Source: an uncultured Chloroflexia bacterium (GTDB lineage Bacteria > Chloroflexota > Limnocylindria > QHBO01). From it: a stretch of DNA of 64,000 bases. The position numbers were made by a program, and so were the translations under genes. Where the stretch lies: NCBI GenBank assembly GCA_963810925.1, contig CAWEPF010000010.1, forward strand, positions 47,407-111,406, in the 5' to 3' direction. Below the pieces are notes generated by a model. The model saw nothing but the letters and a program-made list of their open reading frames with translations. It searched no databases and had not been told where the DNA came from. Below are positions 9,206 to 19,222 of this stretch, piece after piece; position 1 is the stretch's first letter, and each line of letters opens with the position of its first letter.

Positions 9206-10359
9206 GTGCCTGTGTCCCCTCCCGCGACCTGCGCATGGACGCTTTCCACCTCCGCCACGAACTCGGGGTCCGGCGGTCGATAGACGTCCACCCAGTGGTT
9301 CACGAAGATCACGATCACGGCCAGGATCGGGATGCCGAACAGTGCGCCCCACAGCCCGGCGATCTGGACGCCGACGAGCAGTCCCACGAACAGGAGGATG
9401 GGGTGCAGGCCCAGGGACTCTTGCATCATCTTGGGCTGGAGCACGTTCACCATCACGGTCTGGACGATGACGATGACCGCCACGGCGACGATGGCCACTA
9501 CCCAGTTCTCGCTGGTCAGGAAGGCGATGAAGATGGGCGGCACGAGGGCCAGGACGGGACCGATCATGGGGATGAACATCAGCAGCCCGGACACGACCGC
9601 GGTCACGAAGATGTACTCCATCCCGCCCAGCGCCCGGGCAATCAGGCCCACCAGCATGACCAGGGCGAACATCAGGAAGGCGAGCACCGTCTGGGCCCGG
9701 ATGAAGCCTCCGAACGAGCGTGCCACCCCCTCCTGGAGGAGAAGCGACTGGTCGCGGAGTCGGCTCGGGACCAGTCGGCTGAACCAGACCATGATCTTGT
9801 GGCTGTCCATGACCATGAAGAAGGCGAGCAGGACGACCAGGAACAGGGTTCCGATCGCACTGAAGGCCCCGCTGGCGATGGCTCCGGCCGACCCGGCCAG
9901 GTCGCCGCCCAGGCTGCCGACCTGGTCGATGACGCCGATGAAGATGACGGCCAGGTCCGGCTCCTCGAAGCCGATTGCCTGCTGCAGATCGCGGATCTGC
10001 TGCGCCAGCTGGTCTTCACGGCTGGGCCACGTGCTGATGAAGTTGGCCAGGTCCGAGACCATGACCGCCGCGATGACCAGCAGGAACGTTGCCAGCGCGA
10101 TGAGGGTCACTCCGAAGGCGACGCCCACGGCCGCACCGCGGCCGACCTTGAGCCGATCCTGGACTCGATGGACGAGAGGCGAGATCAGGAAAGCGAGGAG
10201 CCAGGCCATGAACAGCGCGACCAGGATGTCCTGGAACCCGATCAGGATGTTCAGGATGAGACCGATGGCCATCAGCCCGAAGTAGACGGTGCCGGCCACC
10301 AGGAAGGCGGCCAGCAGTCGACGCTCCCGGACCCATGCCCCCTGGAACAGCTCGATCAC
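9202..10359 (-). CDS. AI-2E family (PerM/UPF0118) transporter
   Basis: Polytopic membrane protein. GTG start at 10359, preceded by GGAGGA, overlaps the trpS stop (GTGA). The longer upstream part of the ORF is Arg/Gly-rich and overlaps trpS. Confidence 0.8.
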   Translation of the reverse strand: MIELFQGAWVRERRLLAAFLVAGTVYFGLMAIGLILNILIGFQDILVALFMAWLLAFLISPLVHRVQDRLKVGRGAAVGVAFGVTLIALATFLLVIAAVMVSDLANFISTWPSREDQLAQQIRDLQQAIGFEEPDLAVIFIGVIDQVGSLGGDLAGSAGAIASGAFSAIGTLFLVVLLAFFMVMDSHKIMVWFSRLVPSRLRDQSLLLQEGVARSFGGFIRAQTVLAFLMFALVMLVGLIARALGGMEYIFVTAVVSGLLMFIPMIGPVLALVPPIFIAFLTSENWVVAIVAVAVIVIVQTVMVNVLQPKMMQESLGLHPILLFVGLLVGVQIAGLWGALFGIPILAVIVIFVNHWVDVYRPPDPEFVAEVESVHAQVAGGDTGT

Positions 10360-11360
10360 GACGTCCTCCGCCCCACTCGCCCGGTGCCGACCGCCTCCAG
10401 GACCTCGGCCCTGGTCGCCTCGAGGATGGGCCGGACCTTGTCCGCGCCCGCCGAGAGTACCGCTTCCACCATGCCCGGATCGGCAGCGAGGGCCGCCCGC
10501 TTCTCGCGCATGGGCCGGAAGAACTCGATGATCCGCTCTGCGAGCAGGCCCTTCGTGTCCACGCACCCGGTCCGCGCCGTGCGCTCGCCGTCCTGGATCT
10601 GGAGGTAGTCGCCGCCGAAGAACCGATGGAGCTGGCACACGTTGCACACCTCGGGCCGGCCCGGATCGGTGCGCTTGATGCGTTGCGGGTCGGTGACCAT
10701 GTTCATCACGATCCGCTGGATCTCATCGGCCTCGGCGAAGATCGGGATCGTGTTGTTGGCGGACTTGCTCATCTTGCGGGCGCCATCGGTCCCGAGCACG
10801 ACCGGCGCATCGGTGAAGACGGCGTTGGGCTCGGGGAAGATCGGTCCGTATCGGTGGTTGAACGCGCGCACGATCTCGCGCGACAGTTCGAGGTGCGGCG
10901 CCTGGTCCTTGCCGACCGGCACCCGACTGGCCTTGTAGATGACGATGTCCGCCGCCTGCAGGACGGGGTAGGTGAGGAGCCCGTTGCTGTTGTCCTTGCC
11001 CTCGGCCAGGCCCTCCTTGTAGGTCGGGTTGCGCTCGAGCCAGCTGACCGGGACGACCGTGCTGAAGATCCAGCACAGCTCGGCCACCTCGGGGAAGTCC
11101 GACTGTCGGATGAGCGCGCAGCGGTCGGGGTCGAGGCCCACGGCCAGCAGGTCCAGGGCCATCTCCCGGGTCAGGCGGCGCAGCTCCTCGCCGTCGTGGA
11201 CCGTCGTGAGGGCGTGGTAGTCGACGATGGCGTAGATCGCCTCGTACTCGTCCTGGAGCGCGACGTAGTTCCGCTGCGCGCCCAGGTAGTTGCCCAGATG
11301 GCTCGCGCCGCTGGGCTGGATGCCGGAGAAGACACGTTCGCGCGCCGCTGGGCTGGACAT
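10356..11360 (-). CDS. trpS: tryptophan--tRNA ligase
   Basis: 334 aa. The motifs GIQPSGASHLGNY (HIGH-like) and KMSKS are present. Confidence 0.95.
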   Translation of the reverse strand: MSSPAARERVFSGIQPSGASHLGNYLGAQRNYVALQDEYEAIYAIVDYHALTTVHDGEELRRLTREMALDLLAVGLDPDRCALIRQSDFPEVAELCWIFSTVVPVSWLERNPTYKEGLAEGKDNSNGLLTYPVLQAADIVIYKASRVPVGKDQAPHLELSREIVRAFNHRYGPIFPEPNAVFTDAPVVLGTDGARKMSKSANNTIPIFAEADEIQRIVMNMVTDPQRIKRTDPGRPEVCNVCQLHRFFGGDYLQIQDGERTARTGCVDTKGLLAERIIEFFRPMREKRAALAADPGMVEAVLSAGADKVRPILEATRAEVLEAVGTGRVGRRTS

Positions 11361-11431
11361 CCGGCCGAGTGTACCGGAGCCGATTTCGACGGCTGGTAGA
11401 ATCGGCCACCCTTCGAGGATCCGAGGCCGCC

Positions 11432-12247
11432 GTGTCTGACTTCTCCTCCGCCGCTTCGCCGACCCCCGCGTGGTCGAGCGCCGCGCGCGCCGGTCGACGC
11501 GTGGGCCAGGCGGTCGAGCATCACGCCGAGATCGGGTCCACCAACGACCGGGCGCGCGAGGCGCTGGCCGCCCCGGGCGGGGACGGGCTGGCGGTGGTGG
11601 CCGATCGGCAGGTGGCGGGGCGCGGACGGATGGGTCGAGCCTGGCTCTCCCCGGCCGGCGCGAACCTGCTGGTCAGCGTGGGACTCCAGCTGGACCTTCC
11701 CGTGGAACGAGCGTGGTGGCTGGGAGCCGCCTCTGCCCTCGCCGTGCGAGCGGCCGCCTCCCCGTGGGTCGAGCTGCTGATCCGCTGGCCCAATGACCTG
11801 GTGACACGCGACGGCCTGAAGGTGGCCGGCCTGCTCACCGAAACCCAGATCGAGGGCGAGCGCCTGGTGAGCGCGGTGCTCGGGATGGGGATCAACGTGA
11901 ATTGGGCGCGGTCCGAGATGCCGCCCGACATCGCTCCGGCGGCCACGTCACTGGCGGACGAGTCCGGCAGCCCGCGTGACCGGGTGGCCCTCCTCGCCGC
12001 GCTGCTGGAGTCCCTTGACGAGGAGATCGGGGCGGTCGAGTCCGGTATCTCGCCGCTCGCCCGGTTCCAGGCCGCTTCGTGGCTCACCGGTCAGGCGATC
12101 GAAGTCGAGACCCCGGCCGGCCGCTTGAGCGGCGTCGCCGGCCCGGTGGCCGACACCGGCGGCCTGCTGCTCACCGGTCCCGCGTTCCAGACCACGATCA
12201 GCGTGGGCGAGGTCATTCGCGTCCACGCACGGGGGGCGGGCGCATGA
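11432..12247 (+). CDS. birA: biotin--[acetyl-CoA-carboxylase] ligase. Start uncertain: GTG 11432 preferred over 11369.
   Basis: Contains GSTNDRA and the GRGRMGRAWLSP motif. A start at 11369 would leave only 8 bp before divergent trpS. Confidence 0.8.
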   Translation: MSDFSSAASPTPAWSSAARAGRRVGQAVEHHAEIGSTNDRAREALAAPGGDGLAVVADRQVAGRGRMGRAWLSPAGANLLVSVGLQLDLPVERAWWLGAASALAVRAAASPWVELLIRWPNDLVTRDGLKVAGLLTETQIEGERLVSAVLGMGINVNWARSEMPPDIAPAATSLADESGSPRDRVALLAALLESLDEEIGAVESGISPLARFQAASWLTGQAIEVETPAGRLSGVAGPVADTGGLLLTGPAFQTTISVGEVIRVHARGAGA

Positions 12248-12837
12248 CCGCCGACCCCCGACCCGAGTCCCGCCGCCACGCGGCACCGGATGCCGGGGAT
12301 CCGGACCTGGCGGACGTGCGCGCCGCCCAGGCGGACCCCGCCGCCTTCGACCAGCTCTATCGGCGCTACGTGGATCGGGTCTACAGCTACGCCTTCTACC
12401 AGCTGGGGGACCATCACGAGGCCGAGGACGTCACCGAGCGGACCTTCCTGTCGGCGCTCGCCGCGATTGGTCGCTACCGCGATGACGGGTCCACCTTCCG
12501 GGCCTGGCTGTTCCGGATTGCGCACAACGCCATCGCCAACGCGCATCGCTCACGCGCGCGACGCCGGACCGAGCCCATCGAGTCCATCGCGGAGCCGCAT
12601 GCCCCCGGCGCCGATCCGGCCGCGGTGGTCGCCGGCGCTGATCGCTCGCGCGCCGTCCGCGAGGCATTGGCCCGCATCCCGACGGAGCGTCGCCAGGTGA
12701 TCGTGCTTCGCTTCGTGGATGGCCTGTCGTCGCGGGAGATCGGGGCGGTGCTCGACCGGAGCCCCGGCGCCGCCCGCGTCCTCCTCCATCGGGCCCTGGC
12801 CGACCTCGCCGCCGAGCTGGACCGGGCCGACCTGTAA
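12244..12837 (+). CDS. ECF-type RNA polymerase sigma-70 family factor
   Basis: The ATG at 12244 overlaps the birA stop (ATGA). Region 2 (YRRYVDRVYSYAFYQLGDHHEAEDVTERTF) and region 4 (VIVLRFVDGLSSREIGAVL) are recognisable. Confidence 0.85.
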   Translation: MTADPRPESRRHAAPDAGDPDLADVRAAQADPAAFDQLYRRYVDRVYSYAFYQLGDHHEAEDVTERTFLSALAAIGRYRDDGSTFRAWLFRIAHNAIANAHRSRARRRTEPIESIAEPHAPGADPAAVVAGADRSRAVREALARIPTERRQVIVLRFVDGLSSREIGAVLDRSPGAARVLLHRALADLAAELDRADL

Positions 12838-12870
12838 CGAATCGGCCGCCGCGGTGTTAGCCGCGACAGG

Positions 12871-13200
12871 ATGCCTCCATTCTCGACTGACGCCGACCGG
12901 CTCGACCGCGCGGTGACCGCCGTCCTGGCCGACGAGCCGGCCGCCGTTCCGCCGACCCTGGCCGACCAGCTGGCCCTGGCCCGCGTGCTCCGGACCGCGC
13001 TGGCCCCGGTTCCCGCCGGCTCCGCGTTCGAGGACCATCTCGCGGAACGTCTCGCCCATGGCCCAGAGGCGGACCCGGGTCGGCTGATGAGCCAGTTCGT
13101 CCGCCACCACCAGCGCCTTGTCGTGACCGGGGCGGTGAGCTCGGTCGTGCTCAGCACGGCCAGCGCGGCGGTCCTCGCCTGGAGGCTGGTGCACCGGTGA
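12871..13200 (+). CDS. putative membrane-anchored anti-sigma factor
   Basis: 109-aa ORF immediately after the ECF sigma gene, with a C-terminal TM segment (LVVTGAVSSVVLSTASAAVLAW). The call rests on position only. Confidence 0.45.
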   Translation: MPPFSTDADRLDRAVTAVLADEPAAVPPTLADQLALARVLRTALAPVPAGSAFEDHLAERLAHGPEADPGRLMSQFVRHHQRLVVTGAVSSVVLSTASAAVLAWRLVHR

Positions 13201-13204
13201 GCGC

Positions 13205-14170
13205 ATGAAGATCAAGTTCCCGTTCAGCCGCCGCAGCGGTCCCACCGACGCGTGGACCAAGTGCCCCGTGTGCGAGAACCAGCTGTTCAACCGTCAGCTG
13301 GAGCGAACGCAGCGGGTGTGCCCCACCTGCGGCCACCACTTCCGCCTGTCTGCCGCCGAGCGGATCGAGCTGCTCATCGATGGTGGGACCTTCGAGGAGC
13401 GCGACGCGAACCTGGTCAGTGGTGACCCGCTGGGTTTCGTGGACAGCAAGCCCTATCCCGAGCGGCTCGAATCCTCGCGGGTCCGGTCCGGTCTGCCGGA
13501 GGCTGCCATCTGGGGCATCGGCAAGATCGAGGGCCAGCGCGTCGCGATCGGTCTGTTCGACTTCCGGTTCATGGGTGGCTCCATGGGCAGCGTGGTGGGC
13601 GAGAAGGTCGCGCGCTGCTTCGAGGCGGCCCTGGCGGAGCGCATCCCGGCCATCGTGGTCAGCGCGTCAGGCGGGGCGCGCATGCAGGAGGGCACGATCT
13701 CGCTCCTCCAGCTGGCCAAGACGACCGCCGCCCTCGAGCGCCTGAACGAGGCGGGCATCCCGTTCATCAGCATCCTGACCGATCCCACCACCGGGGGCGT
13801 GCTCGCCAGCTTCGCGTCGCTGGGTGACGTCGTCCTGTCCGAGCCGCGCGCGCTGGTCGGATTTGCGGGCGCCCGGGTGGCCAGCGGAACGGTGGGGGAG
13901 GAGCTCCCCGAGGGCTTCCAGAGTGCCGAGCGCCTGATGGAGCACGGGTTCGTGGACGTCATCGTGCCGCGCACCCAGCTCCGAGCGACGGTCGCCCGTC
14001 TCGTCCGCGTGCTCCCCGTCGCGGGCCAGACCGATGCGACCGATCGGCGTGCCATCCGACCGATCGGCATGCTTCAGGGCCTGGCCCAGCGCGTCGGAGG
14101 CGCGGTGAGCGAAACGGCCGGGATCGACACCGATGTCACGCCCGGTCGGCCAAACGGTGGTGGCCGATGA
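13205..14170 (+). CDS. accD: acetyl-CoA carboxylase carboxyltransferase beta subunit
   Basis: N-terminal Zn ribbon CPVCENQ...CPTCGHH, followed by a carboxyltransferase domain. Confidence 0.9.
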   Translation: MKIKFPFSRRSGPTDAWTKCPVCENQLFNRQLERTQRVCPTCGHHFRLSAAERIELLIDGGTFEERDANLVSGDPLGFVDSKPYPERLESSRVRSGLPEAAIWGIGKIEGQRVAIGLFDFRFMGGSMGSVVGEKVARCFEAALAERIPAIVVSASGGARMQEGTISLLQLAKTTAALERLNEAGIPFISILTDPTTGGVLASFASLGDVVLSEPRALVGFAGARVASGTVGEELPEGFQSAERLMEHGFVDVIVPRTQLRATVARLVRVLPVAGQTDATDRRAIRPIGMLQGLAQRVGGAVSETAGIDTDVTPGRPNGGGR

Positions 14171-15152
14171 CCGAGACGTGACCGAGATGGCCATCCAGCC
14201 CGACCCGCCCGTGATCAGCGCCGAGGCCGCCGACGCGGCGTGGCGCCGCGTGCAGCTGGCCCGCCACCCGCAGCGCCCGCGCACCTTGTCGCTCGTCGCG
14301 CAGATGTTCGACGAGTTCGTCGAGCTCCACGGTGATCGCACCTTCCGCGACGACCCGGCCATGGTCGGTGGTCCGGCTCTGCTGGACGGGCGTGCGGTCA
14401 TGGTCATCGGCCACCAGAAGGGCAGCGATACCGAGTCGAACATCTTCCGGAACTTCGGCTCGCCCATGCCGGAGGGCTTCCGCAAGGCGCAACGGCTGAT
14501 GCGCCTGGCCGACCGGATCGGCGTGCCGGTCATCACCTTCCTCGACACCGCGGGGGCATTTCCCGGGCCGGCCGCCGAGGAGCGCGGCCAGGCGGAGGCG
14601 ATTGCCAGCTCGATCCGGCTCATGACCGGATTGCGGGTGCCGATCGTGGTCGTCATCGTCGGAGAGGGCGGATCAGGCGGGGCTCTGGCCATCGGGGTGG
14701 GGGACGAGGTCCTCGCCCTGGAGAACGCGGTGTACTCGGTCATCTCGCCCGAGGGATGCGCCGCCATCCTGTGGCGCTCGGCCGACGCCGCGCCGCGGGC
14801 CGCGGCCGCGATGAAGATGACCGCCGCCGAGCAGCACGCGCTGGGGATCGTGGACGGCGTGATCGACGAGCCGCCCGACGGCGCCCATACCGACCTTCCG
14901 GCCACCGCGGCCGCCATCAAGCAGGCCATCCTGGGATCGCTGACCCGCCTGGATCGGCTCGCTCCCGACGATCTGCGCGCGGCTCGCTATGCTCGACTGC
15001 GCACGATCGGTACCGTGCTCGAGCTGGAGGCTGAGGCACTTCGGGGTCCCTCGCCCTCCTTCGGGGAGCGGCTGGGGCGTCTGCTGGGGCTCCCGGCCGG
15101 GGCGCAGCCCGCGGAGTCCGATGAGGATGATCTCGACGAGGAGGGCGCATGA
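14133..15152 (+). CDS. accA: acetyl-CoA carboxylase carboxyltransferase alpha subunit. Start uncertain (14133-14187).
   Basis: ARHPQRPRTL, FLDTAGAFPG, AEERGQAEAIA and GEGGSGGALA are hallmarks of AccA. Confidence 0.9.
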   Translation: MSRPVGQTVVADDRDVTEMAIQPDPPVISAEAADAAWRRVQLARHPQRPRTLSLVAQMFDEFVELHGDRTFRDDPAMVGGPALLDGRAVMVIGHQKGSDTESNIFRNFGSPMPEGFRKAQRLMRLADRIGVPVITFLDTAGAFPGPAAEERGQAEAIASSIRLMTGLRVPIVVVIVGEGGSGGALAIGVGDEVLALENAVYSVISPEGCAAILWRSADAAPRAAAAMKMTAAEQHALGIVDGVIDEPPDGAHTDLPATAAAIKQAILGSLTRLDRLAPDDLRAARYARLRTIGTVLELEAEALRGPSPSFGERLGRLLGLPAGAQPAESDEDDLDEEGA

Positions 15153-15619
15153 GCGACGATCCGGCCCAGGCCATCGCCCGTGCCGCCGCCGAGCTGGTCC
15201 CGCCCCTCACCGAGCGCCTGAACCGCCTCGGCCTGGGCGAGATCGAGGTCCGCCAGGGCGACCTCCGGGTGCGGGTCGTGGCCGTCGAGAAGTCGCCAGG
15301 GGGATCCGGTTCGGGCGTGGACGTCACCGTCACGCGGCCGGGAGCGACCGATCCCGCGCCCGCCGCCGCGAGGACCCTCGACCAGCTGAAGTCCCCCGCG
15401 GTCGGCCATTTCGTATACGCCGACGGCCTGGGACCGGGACTGGCGGTAGGCCCCGGGACCGAAGTCGGGTACGTGGAGATGCTCGGCATCCGCCATGAAG
15501 TTCGGGCGGCCGAGGCGGGCGTCGTGCGCCACCTCGTGGCCGAGAGCGGTGAGCCGGTGGAATACGGACAGCTCCTGGTCGAGCTCGAGCGCGGGTCGGG
15601 CGGCGGGTCCGGAGCCTGA
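15149..15619 (+). CDS. BCCP-like biotinyl-domain protein that lacks the biotinylated lysine
   Basis: The C-terminal domain aligns to BCCP (SPAVGHFVY...GTEVGYVEMLGIRHEVRAAEAGVV). The EAMK hairpin reads VEMLG, with Gly at 15485-15487. The gene overlaps the accA stop and the accC start. Confidence 0.75.
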   Translation: MSDDPAQAIARAAAELVPPLTERLNRLGLGEIEVRQGDLRVRVVAVEKSPGGSGSGVDVTVTRPGATDPAPAAARTLDQLKSPAVGHFVYADGLGPGLAVGPGTEVGYVEMLGIRHEVRAAEAGVVRHLVAESGEPVEYGQLLVELERGSGGGSGA

Positions 15620-16983
15620 TGTTCGCCAAGATCCTGATTGCCAACCGAGGCGAGATCGCGGTCCGCGTCCTCCGCACCTGCCGCGAGCTGGGCATCCCGG
15701 CCGTCGTCGCGTTCAGCGAGCCCGATCGGGAGTCCATGGCCGTTCAGCAGGCGGACGAGGCGATCTGCATCGGTCCAGCGGAAGCTCGGCGGTCGTACCT
15801 CAACCAGCCGGCGCTCATCAGCGCGGCACTGATCACCGGTTGCGATGCCATCCACCCCGGCTATGGCTTCCTGTCAGAGGACGCCTCGTTCGCCGAGGCC
15901 TGCGCCGCGCACGACCTGGTGTTCATCGGTCCACCCGCGCACGTCATCGAGCGGTTCGCCTCCAAGTACGCGGTCCGCCGCATGCTCGCCGCCACCGGCC
16001 TGCCGACCGTTCCGGGGAGCACCGGGATCGTCGCCGACCTGGCCGACGCCCTGGCCCAGGCCGAGGCCGCCGGCTACCCGGTTCTGCTCAAGCCCTCGGC
16101 CGGCGGGGGCGGCCGCGGGATGCGCCTCGTCCGCTCCCCCCGTGAGATGGAGACCTCGCTGCCCCTCGCCAAGTCGGAGGCCCGCGCCGCGTTCGGGGAT
16201 GACTCGCTGTACTTCGAGCGGTGGATCGAGGAGAACCGACACGTGGAGGTCCAGGTCCTGATCGACAGCCATGGGAACGGCATCCACCTGGGCGAGCGCG
16301 ACTGCTCGGTCCAGCGCCGGCATCAGAAGATCATCGAGGAGGGGCCGTCGCCGGCCATGACCGAGCCCGCCCGCGAGCGGCTGCGGGACCTGGCCATCCG
16401 CTCGGTCGTCTCCGCTGGCTACGAGAACATGGGCACGCTCGAGTTCCTGCTCGACCGTGAGGGCAACTTCTTCTTCATCGAGATCAACTGCCGGATCCAG
16501 GTCGAGCACCCGGTGACCGAGATGCTGACCGGGGTGGACCTCGTGGCGGAGCAGATCCGGATCGCCGCCGGAGAGCGGCTGCTCATGACCCAGGAGCAGG
16601 TCCAGCTGCGCGGTCACGCGATCGAGTTCCGGATCACCGCCGAGGACCCGCTCGACAACTTCTCGCCCCAGACGGGAGTCGTGACCGACGTCCAGTGGCC
16701 CGGCGGCGCGGGTGTACGGGTGGATACCCACCTCTACCCCGGGTACGAGATCCCGCCGTACTACGACTCGCTCCTCGCCAAGCTGGTGGTGTGGGGCGAG
16801 ACGCGGACCGAAGCTCTCGCCCGAGCCCGCCGGGCCCTGGCCGAGACGACGGTCGAGGGCGTGAAGACGAACCTCCCCTTCCACCGGGGGATCGTTGACA
16901 ATGCGGCCTTCGTGGGGGCTGAGGTCAGCACCAACCTGCTCGACCGCGTCGGCGCTGCAGCCTTCGTGGGCGAGCCCGTCTGA
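15619..16983 (+). CDS. accC: acetyl-CoA carboxylase biotin carboxylase subunit
   Basis: 454 aa. [16 protein letters not shown]-grasp motifs and [14 protein letters not shown] are present. Confidence 0.95.
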   Translation: MFAKILIANRGEIAVRVLRTCRELGIPAVVAFSEPDRESMAVQQADEAICIGPAEARRSYLNQPALISAALITGCDAIHPGYGFLSEDASFAEACAAHDLVFIGPPAHVIERFASKYAVRRMLAATGLPTVPGSTGIVADLADALAQAEAAGYPVLLKPSAGGGGRGMRLVRSPREMETSLPLAKSEARAAFGDDSLYFERWIEENRHVEVQVLIDSHGNGIHLGERDCSVQRRHQKIIEEGPSPAMTEPARERLRDLAIRSVVSAGYENMGTLEFLLDREGNFFFIEINCRIQVEHPVTEMLTGVDLVAEQIRIAAGERLLMTQEQVQLRGHAIEFRITAEDPLDNFSPQTGVVTDVQWPGGAGVRVDTHLYPGYEIPPYYDSLLAKLVVWGETRTEALARARRALAETTVEGVKTNLPFHRGIVDNAAFVGAEVSTNLLDRVGAAAFVGEPV

Positions 16984-16991
16984 GAGGACCA

Positions 16992-17492
16992 ATGACGACC
17001 GACAAGCCCGATTCCACCCTGCCGCCGCTCCCCTGGGAAGCGGCCGACATCATGGAGATCTTGCCCCACCGCTACCCGTTCCTGCTCATCGACCGGGTGG
17101 TCGAGGTCGAGCCCGGGCAGCGGGTGGTCGCCATCCGCAACGTGACCGCCAACGAGCCGCAGTTCACCGGCCACTTCCCCGGGCGCCCGATCATGCCCGG
17201 CGTCCTCCTGGTCGAGTCGCTGGCCCAGACCGGCTGTGTGGCCATCCTGGCCGCGCCGGAGAACCGTGGCCGGCTCATCCTGTTCGCGGGCATCGACGAG
17301 TGCCGCTTCCGGAGGGTCGTGATCCCCGGGGACACGCTCCGGCTCGAGATCACGGTCGAGAAGCTGGGCCGCGTCTCGGGACGAGCGCGTGCGGTGGCCA
17401 CCGTCGAGGGCGAGATCGCGGTCGAGGCGCTCCTGTCGTTCATCATGCCCCGCGACCAGGACCTGGGCGGGAGCCGCGCAGCCGGTGGCTGA
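16992..17492 (+). CDS. fabZ: 3-hydroxyacyl-ACP dehydratase
   Basis: Contains [13 protein letters not shown] and [22 protein letters not shown]. Confidence 0.9.
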   Translation: MTTDKPDSTLPPLPWEAADIMEILPHRYPFLLIDRVVEVEPGQRVVAIRNVTANEPQFTGHFPGRPIMPGVLLVESLAQTGCVAILAAPENRGRLILFAGIDECRFRRVVIPGDTLRLEITVEKLGRVSGRARAVATVEGEIAVEALLSFIMPRDQDLGGSRAAGG

Positions 17493-18780
17493 TCAGTCCC
17501 CGCGGCCCAGCTCCCGCGAGCGCGGCGAGCGTCGGGTGGTGGTCACCGGCCTGGGCGCCGTGACACCGCTGGGCAACGACGTGGCGACGTACTGGGAAGG
17601 CCTCGTGGCCGGCCGCAGCGGGCTGGGTCGCATTCAATCCTTCGATCCATCCCGGATCACGTCTCAGGTGGGCGGCGAGGTCAAGGACTTCGACCCCACC
17701 ACGGTCATGGACCGCAAGGAAGCCCGCCGCCATGACCGCTACGTCCACTACGCGTGGGCGGCGGCTTCACAGGCCCTCACGGATGCCGGCATCACGTTCC
17801 CGGTGGTCGCGGACGCCGACGCGGACCGGATGGGTGCCATCGTGGCCACCGGCGTCGGCGGGGTGGGGTCGCTCGTCCGCGACGCCCAGGCGGCCGCGAT
17901 CGAGGGCTACGATCGGGTCAGCCCGTTCGCCGTGCTGAACATGATTTCCGACACCGCCGCAGGCCACGTGGCCATCGCCGCCAACCTCCGAGGCCCGAAC
18001 TACGCCACGGTCAGCGCCTGCGCCTCGAGCAACCACGCCCTGGGCGAAGCGGCCGGCATCATCCGGCGGGGAGATGCCGACGTCATGGTGGCTGGCGGCT
18101 CGGAGGCGGCCATCTGCGAGATGGTCGTGGCGGCGTTCTGCGCGATGCGGGCGCTGTCCACCAAGCGGAACGATGACCCGACCCATGCCTCGCGCCCGTT
18201 CGACGTGGACCGCGATGGGTTCGTGATCGCCGACGGGGCCGGGATGCTGGTCCTCGAGGACCTGGACCACGCGCGTGCCCGGGGAGCCACCATCCGGGCG
18301 GAGTTCGTCGGCTATGGCGCCTCGGACGATGCCTCGCACGTGACCCTGCCGGCGCCGGGCGGTCGGGGAGCGGCGGCCAGCATGCGGATCGCGCTGGCCG
18401 ACGCCGGCCTCGCCCCCAGTGAGCTGGGGTACATCAACGCCCACGGCACCTCGACCCCGCCCAACGACCCGGCTGAGACGGCGGCGATCAAGACCGTCTT
18501 CGGCGCCGATGCCTACACGGTTCCCATCAGCAGCACGAAGTCCATGACCGGGCACCTCATGGGGGCCGGGGGCGGGATCGAAGCCGTCGCCTGCGTTCGC
18601 GCGCTCGAGACGGGGACCATCCCGCCCACCATCAACCTCGACAACCCCGATCCCGAGTGCGACCTCGACTACGTCCCCAACGTGGCGCGCCAGCTCCCCA
18701 TCGAGACGGCGATGAGCAATGCCTTCGGGTTCGGCGGGCACAACGCCACCCTGGTCTTCCGACGCTGGGACGGCGCCTGA
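17485..18780 (+). CDS. fabF: beta-ketoacyl-ACP synthase II. Start is GTG 17485 or GTG 17536.
   Basis: [14 protein letters not shown], the active-site context ATVSACASS, and GHNATLVF at the C-terminus. Confidence 0.9.
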   Translation: MADQSPRPSSRERGERRVVVTGLGAVTPLGNDVATYWEGLVAGRSGLGRIQSFDPSRITSQVGGEVKDFDPTTVMDRKEARRHDRYVHYAWAAASQALTDAGITFPVVADADADRMGAIVATGVGGVGSLVRDAQAAAIEGYDRVSPFAVLNMISDTAAGHVAIAANLRGPNYATVSACASSNHALGEAAGIIRRGDADVMVAGGSEAAICEMVVAAFCAMRALSTKRNDDPTHASRPFDVDRDGFVIADGAGMLVLEDLDHARARGATIRAEFVGYGASDDASHVTLPAPGGRGAAASMRIALADAGLAPSELGYINAHGTSTPPNDPAETAAIKTVFGADAYTVPISSTKSMTGHLMGAGGGIEAVACVRALETGTIPPTINLDNPDPECDLDYVPNVARQLPIETAMSNAFGFGGHNATLVFRRWDGA

Positions 18781-18784
18781 TCGG

Positions 18785-19222
18785 ATGGACACCGATCCCA
18801 TCCTCGCCGCGGTCGACGCGCTCACCGGGCCCTTCGCGGCGAGCGATCTGGACGAGCTGGAGGTCGAGTCCGGCGGGATCACCGTCCGCTTGGCAAAGCG
18901 TCGCGCACCCGCACCCGCGCCGGCCGCCGCCTCGGCGGGTTCGCCGGCAGCCACCGGCCCCTTCGGTGAGCCGGCTCCCGGTCATCGGTTCATCACCGCG
19001 CCGTTGACCGGTGTCTGGTACGGCGCCCCGTCGCCCGGCGCCCGCCCCTACGTCCAGCTCAACGGCGAGGTGTCGGCCGGCCAGGTGGTCGGCCTGATCG
19101 AGGCCATGAAGCTGTTCAACGAGATCAAGTCCGACGTGGCGGGCACGGTGAGCCGGATCCTGGCCGACAGTGGGACACTGGTGAAGCGCCAGCAGCCACT
19201 CTTCGAGGTCAAATTGTCGTGA
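18785..19222 (+). CDS. accB: acetyl-CoA carboxylase biotin carboxyl carrier protein (canonical)
   Basis: ATG at 18785. The canonical hairpin GLIEAMKLFNEIKSD has its Lys codon at 19109-19111. Confidence 0.85.
   Translation: MDTDPILAAVDALTGPFAASDLDELEVESGGITVRLAKRRAPAPAPAAASAGSPAATGPFGEPAPGHRFITAPLTGVWYGAPSPGARPYVQLNGEVSAGQVVGLIEAMKLFNEIKSDVAGTVSRILADSGTLVKRQQPLFEVKLS

Noticed and set aside
11361-11431. Possible T-box leader for trpS
   Set aside because: Only about 70 nt separate trpS from divergent birA, which is far too short for a T-box. No specifier or T-box sequence is seen.
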